NCBI RefSeq assembly: GCF_009914755.1 | Contig: NC_060934.1 | Direction: 5' to 3' (one strand) | From: the human T2T-CHM13v2.0 reference genome, Homo sapiens | Length of the DNA stretch: 64,000 bases | Shown: positions 19,701 to 43,693 of the stretch, one piece after another | Layout: each line of letters opens with the position of its first letter | Numbering within the stretch: position 1 is the first letter of the stretch | Position numbers and translations under genes: made by a program | The notes under the pieces: generated by a model | Seen by the model: the letters and a program-made list of their open reading frames with translations, nothing else | Database searches by the model: none | What the model was told of the DNA's origin: nothing

Positions 19701-20654
19701 TAACATTATTAATATCTGAATTCTATTAGAGACGAAAGGGAAATTTTCCCACACGCTAAACATTCTAAGTTGACTAGAGAAAGATAAGGATGTATATAGA
19801 GTAGATTTCTAAGACCTATACTATTTTTAAAACCTGGTGGGATTTGGGACAACGGTGAAGAATGAAGCATATCAATAATAAAGACATCCTCTTTTCACTT
19901 TTATCAAAAAGGATAATGACGAGAGATATTGGTACCCAGAGTAGGATAGAAATATACTTGATGAGAGTAAAAGATTTCGTAGAGATGTCAAGAATGAGAG
20001 ATATGTGTCAGTTTAAATTTTGTTTTAACTACAGGTATTTTGACTATGAAGCTAACCTTTTCCTTTTCCAAAATGGAAGCATGCCTTCTGAAAGGGAAAT
20101 TGTTAATTACATGTGCATGGATATGGACTCATCGGGAGCTAATTATTTCAATAGAAATGCTTGGAGGTTTCAAAAATATTTGTTTATTGGGAATGTAAAC
20201 TTGTGGCCTTAAAATTGATGAGAGATAGTTCCTCCTGATTTTGGCAGGCTCCTTTCTCTAAAATTAACTGGATAAATCATATTATAGAGAAAAAATATAG
20301 ATGCTAGAGAATACAAACAACACCCACAAAGGAGAAACTCCTATGGAAATGGAAGAAAGTTTTGAAATGAAGTGGTGGTTATGGTTTGTGGATGGGTGCC
20401 TAGTGGCTAGGGTCTGAGGCAGAGGGTATCTGGGCTATGAGGGGTTTAAAGAAAAGTTTGAAAAATTCAGTTCTTGCCGATCGTTCTTTGCTGTGCAATT
20501 ATTATTGATAACTGCTTCCTGCAGAAACCAGTGACAAAGACCCAAAGGTGGTACACACACCTATCAGGTGAGGAGTTGGGAAAAAATCTGGAGACTGTGT
20601 AGCCCTGGGAGCCACACTCTCCCACTTCCCACTATTATACTGCCATCATTCTTA

Positions 20655-20752
20655 CCTGGGTCGCACCGGCAGAGATTCTGATGTAACTGACCTAGGCTGA
20701 TGACCTCAGCATCATCGTTTTCAGAGCTTACCAAGTGATTCTAACATGCAAG
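20655..20752. mobile_element. MER5-family hAT MITE fragment
   Basis: cagagattctgat...caagtgattctaacatgca. Confidence 0.6.
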
Positions 20753-21179
20753 TCTTGATCTGAAGGTGTTGCTTAGTGACAAAGGAGGGTGATTAATTTT
20801 GGTTTTATGATGCCTGAGACTTTCTACCCTAAGGCTCATGCCTGTTCACTCCTTGTACTCACTTCGAATGAGAGATCCAAGTGTGGGTTTCTGCAGGCGT
20901 TTGAGCCCTTTCTCAGCATACCCTATATGATATCCCTGGGAGAGAATTATTTCATTAGCCAAAATAATGAAATATTTATGGAACTTAATTATCTTGAAAG
21001 AAAAACAACAAAACAAAGATCCCTGGAAGTATTAGAACACATGGATGAAAATATTTAAATAAATTTATTATATAGATTAAAAGACATAATGGACAAAACA
21101 TGGACATACTGGACAATATTTGGAATCCCATTTCAACTTAAGATTTGGAGAGGACAAATATCTAAACTACATCAGAGGG

Positions 21180-21600
21180 GAAAGAGAAATTTTCAATATG
21201 AAACAGAAACACAAAAACAAAGGAACCTAGTACAAATATTAGGTATGAAAAATTAGATAATTAAAATAAGAAACATAGAAGATGGTATAAATAGTAGAAT
21301 GGATACAGGTGAAGACCCAACTGATGAGCTAGAACAGATGGAAAAACCATCCCAAGAAGAAAATAGGAGAAGACAAAGAAATAGAAAATACAAAAGAAAA
21401 GTTAAGAGATATGGAGAATAGAAGTAGAGGTGCTAACTTTTACAGAAAAATGATTCCAGAAGGAGAGAAAAATAATGATGGAGAAAAGAAAATATTTAAA
21501 GATACAACGAGGAACTTTCTCCAGAATTAAAGAAGTAGGAAAGACTTCAGATTGTGAAGACTCCTAATGTACCAAACAAGAGACAAAAGGAAAAAGGTGT
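21180..21600 (+). mobile_element. HAL1/ancient L1 ORF1-like fragment
   Basis: A-rich coiled-coil-like sequence: aaagaaaagttaagagatatggagaatag...ttccagaaggagag...ccagaattaaag. Confidence 0.65.
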
Positions 21601-21884
21601 TTGATAGACTTTGTTTCCCTAAGTACTGATTACAGGATTACAAGTGTGAGCCACTGTGCCAGGCTGAATGCATACATTAAAAAAAAATGCTGAAAGTTAA
21701 TGAGTCAGGCAAAATAAGCCATCAAAATAAATCAAAGAAAGTGCAAAAGGGAAAATTAGTATTTTACAGCTGTGAAAATAAATTAACTACAGCCACATAC
21801 AATAATGTGAATAATAATTTGGTCATGTTCAGCGAAAAACGACTGTATTTAGCATGATACTTTGTTTTTTGCTTTGCTTGCTTA

Positions 21885-22535
21885 TTTGTTTTTTATTATG
21901 GTAAAAATCATTTTACAAAAAATTTACTATCTTAATCTTTTTTTTTTCTTCATGCATGTTCTGCTTATGTATTCTATCTCGACCATTATAAGTATCCATT
22001 TCAGTAGTAAGTATAGCCCGTTGTTGTGAAACAGCTCTTGAGAACTTTCTCATGTTGTCAGTCTGAAACTCTATACCTGTTAAACAACAACCTCCACTTT
22101 TCCTTTACCCTTTAGTCCCTGGTAACTGTTTTATTCTGTTTCATTGAATTTGATCGTAGATATCTTATATAAATAGAATCTTATAGTATTTGTCTTTTTG
22201 GAGTGGCTTATTTCACTTAGCATAATATTCAAGGTTTATTCATGCTGTAACGTGTGATAGAATACCCTTTTTTTATTTTAATTATTTTTATTTTTAGTAG
22301 AGATGGGGTTTTGCCGTGTTGCCAAGGTTGGTCTTGAACTCCTGAGCTCAAGCGATCAGCCTCCCGAAGTGCTAGGATTACAGGTGTGAGCCACTGCGCC
22401 CGGCCCCATTCTTTTTTAAGACTGAATAGTATTATATTGTATGTAGGTACCACATTTTTAAAATCTATTCCATCTGTTGATGGACATTTGTGTTGCCTTC
22501 ACCTCTTGGTTATCATGAACAATATTGTTATGAGA
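21885..22535 (-). mobile_element. LINE-1 3' end (L1MB3/4-like), split by a FLAM
   Basis: gtctgaaactctatacc...tggcttatttcacttagcataat. Confidence 0.8.
22268..22405 (-). mobile_element. Alu left monomer (FLAM-like)
   Basis: Single reverse left arm. Confidence 0.85.
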
Positions 22536-22994
22536 ATGAAATATATATTTTTTAAGTTCAAAGAACATACAAAACTATTTATTTTAGTCATCAGATAAAA
22601 ATATCCTAAGAAATTAACAGAATGCTAAATAGAAAATTCAGGGTGATTGGTCATTTGGGAGCAGGACTTGAAGGCTGGGGAATGAAATGAAGAGATGTGA
22701 TGATCAGAGTTATGGCTCTCCAATTGGCCAGGCACTAATGACTATTTATAATATTATAATAAATACATATGTAAGCAAATAACATAAATTAAAAAGAATT
22801 ATGCATGAACCAATGAAGACAGTGTACCATAAACCAAAGGTTTTGATTTATTCAGTTGTGTTCACCTGAGATTCATTAGAAAAACAAACACAGATGTCTT
22901 CTGTGATGTGTATCTGTTTGTATGTGCTCAGGAAAGTGGTGAATAATTTGTTCAATTTATTTTTTAATTCATAAAATTCAGAGTATATTGTTTT

Positions 22995-23890
22995 TTATTG
23001 TATTTTCAATGGATTTATTCAGGTATAATTGTGCACATATGTAAAATGAACAATTTCATCAGTTTTAACATATTTATACACTCATGAAACCATCATTACC
23101 ATCAAGATAAAGAACATAGCCATAATCCCCAAAAGGTTTTTCCTGCTCCATTCTAATCCCTCCCTTCTGATCCTCCCTATCACCCCAGGCAACCACTGCC
23201 ATGTTTCTTGTTCATATAGATTAGTTTGCATTGTCTAGAATTTTATATAAATGAAATAATATATACTTCTTTTGGTCTGGCTTCTTTCACTCAGAATAGT
23301 TATTCTGAGATTTAACAATCTTATTGTTGCATGTATCAATAGGCCATTCCTTTTTATTGGTGGGTAGCGTTCCATTGTGTGCACATAGCAGCTTCTTTAC
23401 CCATTCACCCTTTTAATTTAGCCATTTTAGTAGGTGAGTAATGGTATCCCACTGTAGTTTTAATTTGTGTTTCCCTAATAACCAATGATAGTAAGCATCT
23501 TTTCATGCGGCTATTTGCCATCAGCTTATCTTCTTTGGTGAAATGTCTGTTGAAATTTTATGAGTTTTTTTCATCGAGATATTTTATTTTTGAAGTTTGA
23601 CAGGTCTTTATGTATTTTAGGTACAAGTCCTTTATCAGATATGATTTGCAAGTCTGTAGCCTTTTTATACTCTTTTTTCTTATTTCATGTCACATGTTAA
23701 CACCCATCTTTATGCTCTCAATAGTATATTTTGAAGAGCAGAAGTTTCAAATTTTGATGAAGCCCAATTTATCAATTTATACTAATATGGATTGTGCTTT
23801 TTGGTATCTTATTGAAGAAATCTTTGTCTAACCTAAGGCCACATACATTTTCTCCTATGCTTTCTTCTAAAGGTTTTATAATTTTAATTA
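22995..23890 (-). mobile_element. LINE-1 3' end plus ORF2 tail (L1MB7-ME1-like)
   Basis: ccccaggcaaccact...gaattttatataaatgaaat...gcatcttttcatg...gagcagaagttt. Confidence 0.8.
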
Positions 23891-23926
23891 TGTTTCCATC
23901 TTTTTCCCTGGGTGTTGGATTCAAAG

Positions 23927-24488
23927 TGTGGTAAGAAGAATTCTAAGATGGCCCCAATGATTTCTGCTCCCTGGCATTATGTCTGTGATTATATCATGGA
24001 ATATTGCAGAAGGGATTTTGCAAATGTAATTAAGGCTACTAATCAGTTGATTGTGAGTTAATAAAAAATGAGATTATCTGGGTGGGCCAAACCCGATTAC
24101 CTGAAGTCTTTAAAAGCAGAGCATTTTCTCCAGCTAGTTGCAGACTAGGAAGTCAGGGATGTAAAGCATAAGATGGACTTGATGTGCGGTTGCTGGCTTG
24201 AAGTTGGAGCGGACCACACATCAAGGAAATGAGGACTTAAATCCTAAACTGCAAAGAACTGAATTCTGTCAACAAAAGTGAACCTGAAAGCTGATTCTTC
24301 CCCAGAGCCTTTGATGGGAATTCAGCCCAGCTGACACCTTGATGTCCACCTTGTGATACCTTGGGAAGAATCCCTGCCCCACCATGCTGAACTTTTGATC
24401 TACAAAACTGTGAGCTAATAAATGGATGTTGTTTTAAGCAGCTAAGTTTGTGGTAATGTGTTACACAGCAATAGAAAACTAACATACA
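23927..24488 (+). mobile_element. MaLR LTR (MLT1E-like)
   Basis: tgtggtaagaagaattctaagatggcccc...cagcaatagaaaactaacataca. Confidence 0.87.
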
Positions 24489-25440
24489 TGGTTATCTATA
24501 TTATTGTAGCTATATCTTTTACATATGCTGTAAATATTCTTTAGTGTGATTTTATTTTCTAATAAACTTTTTCTTAAAAAAAAGAGAAAGCCAGAAAATA
24601 AGTCTCTTGACTTCAGTGGGCCTTCTGAATAGTGCAGGTGTAAAAAGGGGGAACGGAGGGAGTATGAAAAGAATGTAAAGATTTGCCATGCTCAATAATG
24701 ATGATATGCATTCAAGACATATCATGAGTTATGGGTCATGTCCAAAGCCTTTTAATAATATGCCTTTTATTAGATGACATAAAGTTACCAGCAAAGATTA
24801 TAACATTGAGCCAAGAATGCATACTAGTATTTATGGAGGCCCAGAATTTGGAAAATGATTCAGTCCTGTTTATTCTATGTAATGATGTTATTTTTGTACT
24901 AAACATGAGGGTTGTAAAGGGATTCTATATGTTAGTTTAAATGTGTAAATATTTCTCTTATAGCATCCTTATGTACACTGACCATGAACATTTTATTTTA
25001 TGGTGGGCTTGAATTAAATCCATTACAATCAAAGAAGGCATCTGAACCTGGAGTGAGGCTGGCATGGCTGCTAGCATCCTGAATCCATCAGGCACGGAAT
25101 TGCCACGAGTAATATGAGTGAAATAAGGACATAAAACCCTGGGGCCTTAAGAAGGCAACTCCACTGACTCCAAAAAAACATTTTAACAGATGTTATATGC
25201 ATGGCACCAAATAAATAAGACCTGATGTAAGTAATCAGCCACGATATGGCATTTGGATACTGAGGTATTTAAAGTTTGGGACACCACTGTAACTTAAATA
25301 CATGCCTAAAATTGGCCCCTTCCCTTCCCATTCATTTTCTCTCATACCACCATGAGATTAAAATCGCTGAGTTTATTTCCTCTGAGCCTGACAGTCATAA
25401 AACATATTCTTTATTTTCAACTTGCTTGTTTTTGATCTCC

Positions 25441-26191
<751 letters not shown>

Positions 26192-26214
26192 ATGTCCCAA
26201 TTTATTTGTCAAGT

Positions 26215-26345
26215 TTTATACTGACTAACTATCCCCACTATAATGAATGTTCCATAAAGGTAGAGACTGTCTTGTCTGCTATTTATTCCCAGTGTTCAGA
26301 CTTGCTCTTAATAACTGTGCAAAGAATTACTTGGTGAATAAAAGC
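26215..26345 (+). mobile_element. L2 3' end
   Basis: gttccataaaggtagagactgtcttg...attcccagtg...tgaataaa. Confidence 0.6.
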
Positions 26346-28788
26346 ATCTCTCTGGGGAAGCAGTGATGCTTTTAGATGATCTGAGTGTGGCACCAAAGAG
26401 GACAAATATGTCACCTTGAGCAAATGGCATCTACTTGGGTGAATGGTGAAGTTAATATCATGTTTTGAACATAAAAAGTAAACTTGAAGAAAATTTTTAA
26501 GAGATCTAAGGTATAACTCTATACTAGAAGGGGAAGTTAATGTAAAGCCAGAGGGAATAATCTATTCATGAGTTTTAAATACCGTTTATATATATTTGAC
26601 AATGATATATGTTGATAAAAAATTTGAGACTCTTAAAGCTTTGGCTAGCACTAAAGTTTGCAATCATGCATTTCTGTTGCCCTAAAGATCTTCAGGCCTC
26701 CCCAAATCATCCAGCTCAAAGCGAGCCATAAATAAATCAGTGTCAACTGTGGTTACAAATTCTGGATGCCTCTATCAGGAAAATGAAAGGTATAGAAATT
26801 AAGGAATAGAATGAAAGCAAACTTTTAGCATGCATTAGTGGTTGTTGGGGCTATGAATGTGAGGCAGGGGTATCGTGTGTCATGTTTGTGAGCTGCTAGT
26901 TTCATTGCAAATCACATCTTAGTTCATAGTGTTACTATGATAAATAGTTGGGTTCTGTATTGTAAGCAGTCTTACAAAGCAAAACAAAACAAAACAAAAA
27001 ACTAATGAGGAATATATCCCGTGTAACTGACTTATTTAATGGGTTAAACAGAGTTGGGTAAATCAGGAAATGCCATAATTTTTTTTTTGTTGACCAGTGC
27101 CTTTAAGCAAGCTCTTTCTAGTCCCTCTCTCCCTGCTCATTGATAACATCCCTGGCAGATTCCACGATCTTTGGCTCGCTTTTGGCCATGAGAAGGGTCA
27201 CATTTTCAGATTTTAAAAGTCCAGTCCCTGTTGGCAGAAATGTAAATTAATAAATGTAAATTAGTCCAGCCACTGTGAAGAGCGGTTTGGAGATTTCTCA
27301 AAGAACTCAAAACAGAACTACCATTTGCTCTTACAATGCCATTACTGGATATACACCCAAAGGAAAAGAAATCTACCAAAAAGACACTGGCACTCAAATG
27401 TTCATTGCAGCACTAGTCACAATCAACCTAGGTGCCCATCAGTGGTGGATTGGATAAAGAAAATATGGTACAAAGATGGCCGAATAGGAACAGCTCCAGT
27501 CTGCAGCTACCAGCTAGATCAATGCAGAAGGTGATTTCTGCATTTCCAACTGAGGTACCCAGCTCATCTCACTGGGACTGGCTAGACAGTGGGGGCAGTC
27601 CATGGAGGGTGAGCCAAAGGAGGGTGGGGCATCACTTCATCTGGGAAGCACAATGGGTTGGGGAACTCCCTCTCCTAGCCAAGGGAAGCCATGAGGGACT
27701 GTGCTGTGAGGAACAGTGCATTCCAGCCCAGATACTACACTTTTCCCATGGTCTTTGCAACCCACAGACCAGGAGATTCCCTTGGGTGCCTACACCACCA
27801 GTACCCTGGGTTTAAAGCACAAAACTGGGCGGCTGTTTGGGCAGACACCGAGCTAGCTGCAGGAGTTTTTTTTATACCCCAGTGATGCCAGAATGCCAGT
27901 GAGACAGAACTGTTCACTCCCCTGGAAAGAGGGCTGAAGCCAGGGAGCCAAGTGGTCTAGCTCAGTGGATACCACCCCCATGGAGCCCAGCAAGCTAAGG
28001 TCCACTGGCTTGAAATTCTCACTGACAGCACAGCAGTCTGAAGTTGACCTGGGATGCTTGAGCTTGATGGGGGGAAGAGCATCCACCATTACTGAGGCTT
28101 GAGTAGGTGGTTTTCACCTCACAGTATAAACAAAGGCACCAGGAAGTTCAAAATGGGCAGAGCCCACTGCAGGTCAGCAAAGTCACTGTAGCAAGACTGC
28201 CTCTCTAGATTCCTCCTCTCTGGGCAGGGCATCTCTGAAAGAAAGGCAGCAGCCCTAGTCAGGGGCTTATAGATAAAACTCCCATCTCCCTGGGGCAGAG
28301 CACCTGGGGGAAGGAAGGGCTGTGGGTGCAGCTTCAGCAGACTTAAACATTCCTGCCTTCCAGCTCTGATGAGAGCAGTGGATCTCCTAGCACAGTGCTT
28401 AAGCTCTGCTAAGGGACAGACTGCCTCCTTAAGTGAGTCCCTGACCCCCGTACCACCTGATTGGGAGACACCTCCCAGCAGGGGTCAACAGACACCTCAT
28501 ACAGGACAGCTGGCTTTTGGCAGGTGCCCCTCTGGGACAAAGCTTCCAGAGGAAGGAACAGGCAGCAGTCTTTGCTGTTCTGCAGCCTCGGCTGGTGATA
28601 CCCAGGCAAACAGTGTCTGGAGTGGACCTCCAGTAAATTCCAGCAGACCTGCAGCAGAGGACCCTGACTGTTAGGAAAACTAACAAACAGAAAAGAATAG
28701 CATCAACATCAACAAAAAGGACATCCACACTAAAATCCCATCCGAAGATCACCAACATGAAACAACAAAGGTAGATAAATCCAAGATG

Positions 28789-29792
28789 ATGAGGAAAAAC
28801 CAGCACAAAAAAGACGAAAATTCCAAAAACTAGAATGTCTCTTCTCCTCCAAAGGATCACACCTCCTCACTAGCAAAGGAACAAAACTGGATGGAGAATG
28901 AGTTTGACAAACTGACAGAAGTATGCTTCAGAAGGTGCGCAATAACAAACTCCACTGAGCTAAAGGAGCATGTTCTAACCCAATGCAAGGAAGCTAAGAA
29001 CCTTGAAAAAAAGGTTAGAGGAATTGCTAACTAGAATAACCAGTTTAGAGAAGAGCACAAATGACCTGATGGAGCTGAAAAATACAGCACAAGAACTTCA
29101 TGAAGCATACACAAGTATCAATAGCCAAATCAATCAAGCAGAAGAAAGATCAGAGATTGAAGATCAACTTAATGAAATAAAGTGGGAAGACAAGATTAGA
29201 GAAAAAAATGAAAAGGAATGAACAAAACCTCCAAGAAATATGGGACTATGTGAAAAGACCAAACCTACATTTTATTGGTGTACCTGAAAATGATGGGGAG
29301 AATGGAACCAAGTTGGAAAACACTCTTCAGGATATTATCCAGGAGAACTTCCCCAACCTAGCAAGACAGGCCAACATTCAAATTCAGGAAATACAGAGAA
29401 CACCACAAAGGTACTCATCGAGAAGAGCAATCCAAAGACACATAATTGCCAGATTCACCAAGGTTGAAATTAAGGAAAAATTGTTAAGGGGAGCCAGAGA
29501 GAAAGGTCAGGTTACCCACAAAGTGAAGACCATCAGACTAACAGCACATCTCTCTGCAGAAATCCTACAAGCCAGAAGACAGTGGGGGTCAATATTCAAC
29601 ATTCTTAAAGAAAAGAACTTTCAACCCAGAATTTCATGTCCAGCCAAACTAAGCTTCGTAAATGAAGGAGAAATAAAATCCTTTACAGACAAGCAAATTC
29701 TGAGAGATTTTGTCACCAAAAGGCCTGCCTTACAAGAGCTCCTGAAGGAAGCACTAAACATGGAAAGGAAAAACCGATACCAGCCACCGTAA
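28789..29792 (+). pseudogene. L1 ORF1p (RNA-binding chaperone), disrupted
   Basis: ATG at 28789, premature TAG near 28831 and frameshifts; track peptides LQEIWDYVKRPNL...IIQENFPNLARQANIQIQE. Confidence 0.93.
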
Positions 29793-29873
29793 AAACATAC
29801 CAAATTGTAAAGACCATCAACACTATGAAGAAACTACATCACCTAAGAGGCAAAATAACCAGCTAGCATCATA

Positions 29874-33670
<3,797 letters not shown>

Positions 33671-34702
33671 ACAATGAGAACACATGGACACAGGGAGGGG
33701 AATATCACACACCAGGGGCTGTTGGGGGGTGGGAGGCTAGGGGAGGGATAGCATTAGGAGGAATACCTAGTGTAGATGACAGGTTGATGGGTGCAGCAAA
33801 CTACCATGGCATGTGTATACCTATGTAACAAACCTGCACGTTTTGCACATGTATCCCAGAACTTAAAGTATATATAAAAAACGAAAATGTGGTACATATA
33901 CACTATGGAATACTATGCAACCATAAAAAAGAATAAAATCATGTTCTTTGCAGCAACATGTATGCAGTTGGAGGTCATTATCCTAAGTGAATTAATGCAG
34001 GAACAGAAAACCAAATACTGCACATTCTCACTTATAAACGGGAGCAGAACATTGGGTACTAATGGATGTAAAGATGGCAACAATAGACACTGGGAACTCC
34101 AAAAGTGGGGAGGAAGAAATGGGGTCAAGGGTTGAAAAAGTACCTATATGCTTACTACTTGGGTGATGGGAACATTAGTACCACAAACCTCAGCATCACA
34201 CCATATCTCCCTATAACAAACCTGCACATGCACTCCCCGAATTTAAAATAAAAGTTGAAATTATTAAAAAATAAAATAAACAAAACAATATAAAATTATA
34301 TCTTTAGAGTGAAGTAATATTAAGTTATAAAAGTCCAATTCAGTATAAGGCAAACTTCAGCCTCATCTCCAATTCACGGCTTCTGTCCTCCTTCCTTTTC
34401 AGTGCCTAAGACACAGTTCTGGAATCTGCAGTGGGATCAATGAGGTACGGTCTCTGCTTTAACTAACGCTCCACTTTGACCTCACACAATGTTCTACCAA
34501 GTGGAGATGGGGCAAGGACGTGGGAGGAAGGACAACAGGAAAGATTTCTTCACCTACAGGGTACTGTTGATAGTTCTTGCTACAGTGTCAAATTACTCTG
34601 TCCCGTAGACCTCCAAGTGTGAGCTCTCTTGGAGGCATTTGGTGGGGGCATACTCCTCACCCAGATTGGAAGCCCCTTTGGTGGAGTCCTTTCGACATAG
34701 CA

Positions 34703-35027
34703 GTTTAGGCATGGTGGCTCACACCTGTTATCCTAGCTTTTTGGGAGGCTGAGGTTGAATGATCACTTGAGGCCAAGAGTGCAGGACCTGCCTGGGAAAC
34801 ACAGTGAGACCTTGTCACTTACAAACAAACAAACAAACAAAAAATTAGCTGGGCACAGTGGTGTGCACTTGTAGTCTCAAGCTACTTGAGAGGCTGAGGT
34901 AGGAGGATTGCTTGGTTCTGGGAAGTTGAGGTGGCAGTGAGCCTTGACTGTGTCACTCAACTCCAGACTGGGAGACAGAGCAAGACCATGTCTAAAAACA
35001 AAAACAAAAACAAACAAACAAACAAAA
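34703..35027 (+). mobile_element. AluJ
   Basis: Diverged dimeric Alu with (AAAC)n linker and tail. Confidence 0.88.
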
Positions 35028-35299
35028 GTAGTGTAATGCTCAGTTGCCTGCTGTAGCATCCATTGGCTCACGGAACTCATACTTTCTTTCCCAAACTATA
35101 AATGCAGTCTACTAGACTACTGCTACCTTGCAGCCTCTGTTCCCAACATGCCACGGATACAGCTCCAGGGCACCTCCTGCCTTCAGAATTTTTAGCTGGG
35201 AAGCAGACACCCCGATCTCTTTCAGTGTTTCATCATAGAGCTACCCTCACCTGACTTGGGGTTGGGGAGCAACCTCTCCCTATAGAGGAGCATGGAAGT

Positions 35300-40782
<5,483 letters not shown>

Positions 40783-41720
40783 TATTTATCTCTATTAATT
40801 GACATCTAGGTTGTTTCCATTTTCCTTTATCATAAGCATAACGCTTTTGTGCAATTTTTACTGTTCAACAAGGCCAGGCCAATTTACACTCACCAAGACT
40901 ATATGAAAATACTCATTTTTTTTACACCCTTAATAATACCAGATGCTAGAAATCTTTTTAATTTTTACCAAATATATAGGCCCCAAACTGCATCTCCTTC
41001 TTTTAGTTTGAAAAAAATACATAAGTGAAATTGAGCACTTTTACATGTGTGTATTGAACTTATTTCACTTTTATTTCCTTTATTGTGAATTGATACTTTT
41101 TCCCCTCCCACCTTTCAGTGCCGTCTCTGGAAGTCCCATTAGGTCAATGTTAATGCAGACAGGGTGGGATGTTTAAAGCTCCAGTTTTCAAGAGCCAACA
41201 TTACCCTGTGGCAGGTTACTGTGCTTAAACTGGTTTTATCCATAAATGGAACAATTTTACCCAGACAAGCAGCTGCACAATGTCTTTCAGGGCTGAGATT
41301 ACCTAGTAAAATGGGGTGTGTGGGTCAGATGTGCCTGAGCGGTACAGCAAGTGTACAGGCTGCAGTGAGAAGGGCAACGATAAAGGCTGTTGGAGCATGA
41401 CTTTGATTCTCACTAGAACAGGAGCCAGCAGGAAAGACTTAATGGTGGGATTAGACCTTCTCAGGCATTGGTAGGTGTAACAATATTGACTGTTCTTAAG
41501 CTGCAAGGAATCTGAGCTCTGCCTACTCTACAGAGCACTAGGGAGTGTCTAGGTTAATGTGGCTGCCAGGCCCTGATAGGCAGGACCAGAGCAGCTGCTC
41601 CAAATGTCATTTCTTTCCAGGGCCAAGGAGGCAAGCTTAGAGGGCTCAGCTTTGAACTTAAGTGCTTGCTCTCAGGCTGAAGAGTCATTCCCACCATGTA
41701 GTTTCCCGTTAGCTCTAGAT

Positions 41721-41907
41721 TAGGGTTGCCATACTGAGCAAATAAAAATACAAGATGTCCAATTAAATTTGAATTTCAGATAAACAAAACAACAAGTTTT
41801 TAGGGCAAGTCTATCTCATGCAATATTTGGAATATGCTAAAAAGTAATGGTTGTTTATCTGAAACTTAGATTTAACTGAGTGGGCTGAGTCTTATCTGGC
41901 TGCTGTA
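41721..41907. mobile_element. MER53 palindromic DNA-transposon MITE
   Basis: tagggttgcc...gcaaataaaaatac...ttaaatttgaatttcagataaacaa and its inverse ttgtttatctgaaa...tttaact. Confidence 0.88.
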
Positions 41908-43062
41908 TACTAGGCTGATCATTTTACATACACAATCAATGTAACGTACCTTTAGATACCCAGGACCCAAACTGCATAGCATGTTGGATTGAGGAGCAGC
42001 CCGTGGTAGAAGAATTGGCCTTTGCAACGGCTCTAGCAGCCAAAACTTCATATTCATCAAGAGCAGCTTTGATCTTCCAGCTGAAATAAACATGGGGATT
42101 GAAAGAGAAACCATCCTTGGCAAGTCTCACAGGCTTCCATAGGAAGGCCACTGTAGCACAGCACCGGAATGTTTGTTCACACGAGAATGCTAAGTGGACT
42201 CTGGATGGAGTCACATTCAGTGAAACATTGGTTGCCAGAAACACAAGGCCCGAAAGGAAAATGAGAAATTAAGATGATTGCCTATTCTGGATGGGAAATG
42301 AAGATTCCTCAAATAAGACTCAGTGCCTGAGGCTGCACCATTGCAGAAGTATTAGTAAGAACATAGCATTTTCAAAATGCTACTTTCTGATAGGAAGTAC
42401 AGTATGTATACGTAGCTTTCTCCCCTAGGTACATTCACGTATGGGCCAAAGTTAACTTCCTGATGGATGATTTCTTCCAAGGGAGTTTAAATTCCCAGGA
42501 AGTGGATTCAGGACAGCTGACATAGACTAATCAGTGTCCTGGTGAACTGTCCTTCCATTCTGTCCTTCCTTCAGACACCAGTGAGTTTTTGCTTTGGACT
42601 TTGGCAACAGTAAACACTGGGTTCTGGGAACATAATTTTATCTGGGATAATTGCACTTAGGGTCTGCAAATTGGCTTACTTACTAAAGGCAGAGTGGGGA
42701 GAGCCAATGTTTTGATATTCTTGCTTTTCTAGGAACATATCGGACTTTTTAAAGGCAGGGCATATGAGAAACTAATTCAATTCCTATGACCCAGAATGAA
42801 CTACAGCCTTCCAGAGGACAGCCTCGTCCACAGCTGCTGAGCAACCCTCACATTACCCAAGCACTGAGGACCCTCTAGTGATACTGAACAGAGTCAGATA
42901 TTTAGGATGGGGATAAATATCAAACTTTAATTTCTTTGGATTTTAACTCACAAGGACAAAAGCTTTTGGACTTAAGAATTTTGGATTCTAATCCCTGGGA
43001 TTTAATCTTCAAATTTTAATTTCTCAGGAGGAAATGTATAATAGGAAGGGTTTTATGTTCAA

Positions 43063-43417
<355 letters not shown>

Positions 43418-43693
43418 TGAATTTAAATAATAAAATATTTGATATAATCATGTTACTGGAGTATCTTACTATTGTTGAAGAAGCTCTGATAATATGGCTC
43501 AATATAATTGGGTAGGAAATAGAATAGGGAATGAAATTTTCAGCCATGAGTATAGATTGGCCCAAAGAAAGAAACTGATGTATTTAAACTATTCCAGACC
43601 ATAGTAAAGGACACAAAGCTTACTAATTAGTTTTATGAAGCTAGCATACTCTTAATATCAAAATCTGATATAAAGATAACAGATAAGGAGATA

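Noticed and set aside
19862-20212. 116-aa ORF and possible CR1-like sequence at 19700-20000
   Set aside because: No recognisable homology; the CR1 resemblance is too weak to call
19321-21174. Two-LTR MST provirus
   Set aside because: The intervening DNA contains MER5 and L1/HAL1-like sequence rather than an MST internal region, and the second LTR piece is only ~60 bp
34390-35290. Possible ancient Gypsy-like LTR flanking the AluJ
   Set aside because: Only a vague resemblance; I cannot assign family or termini without a search
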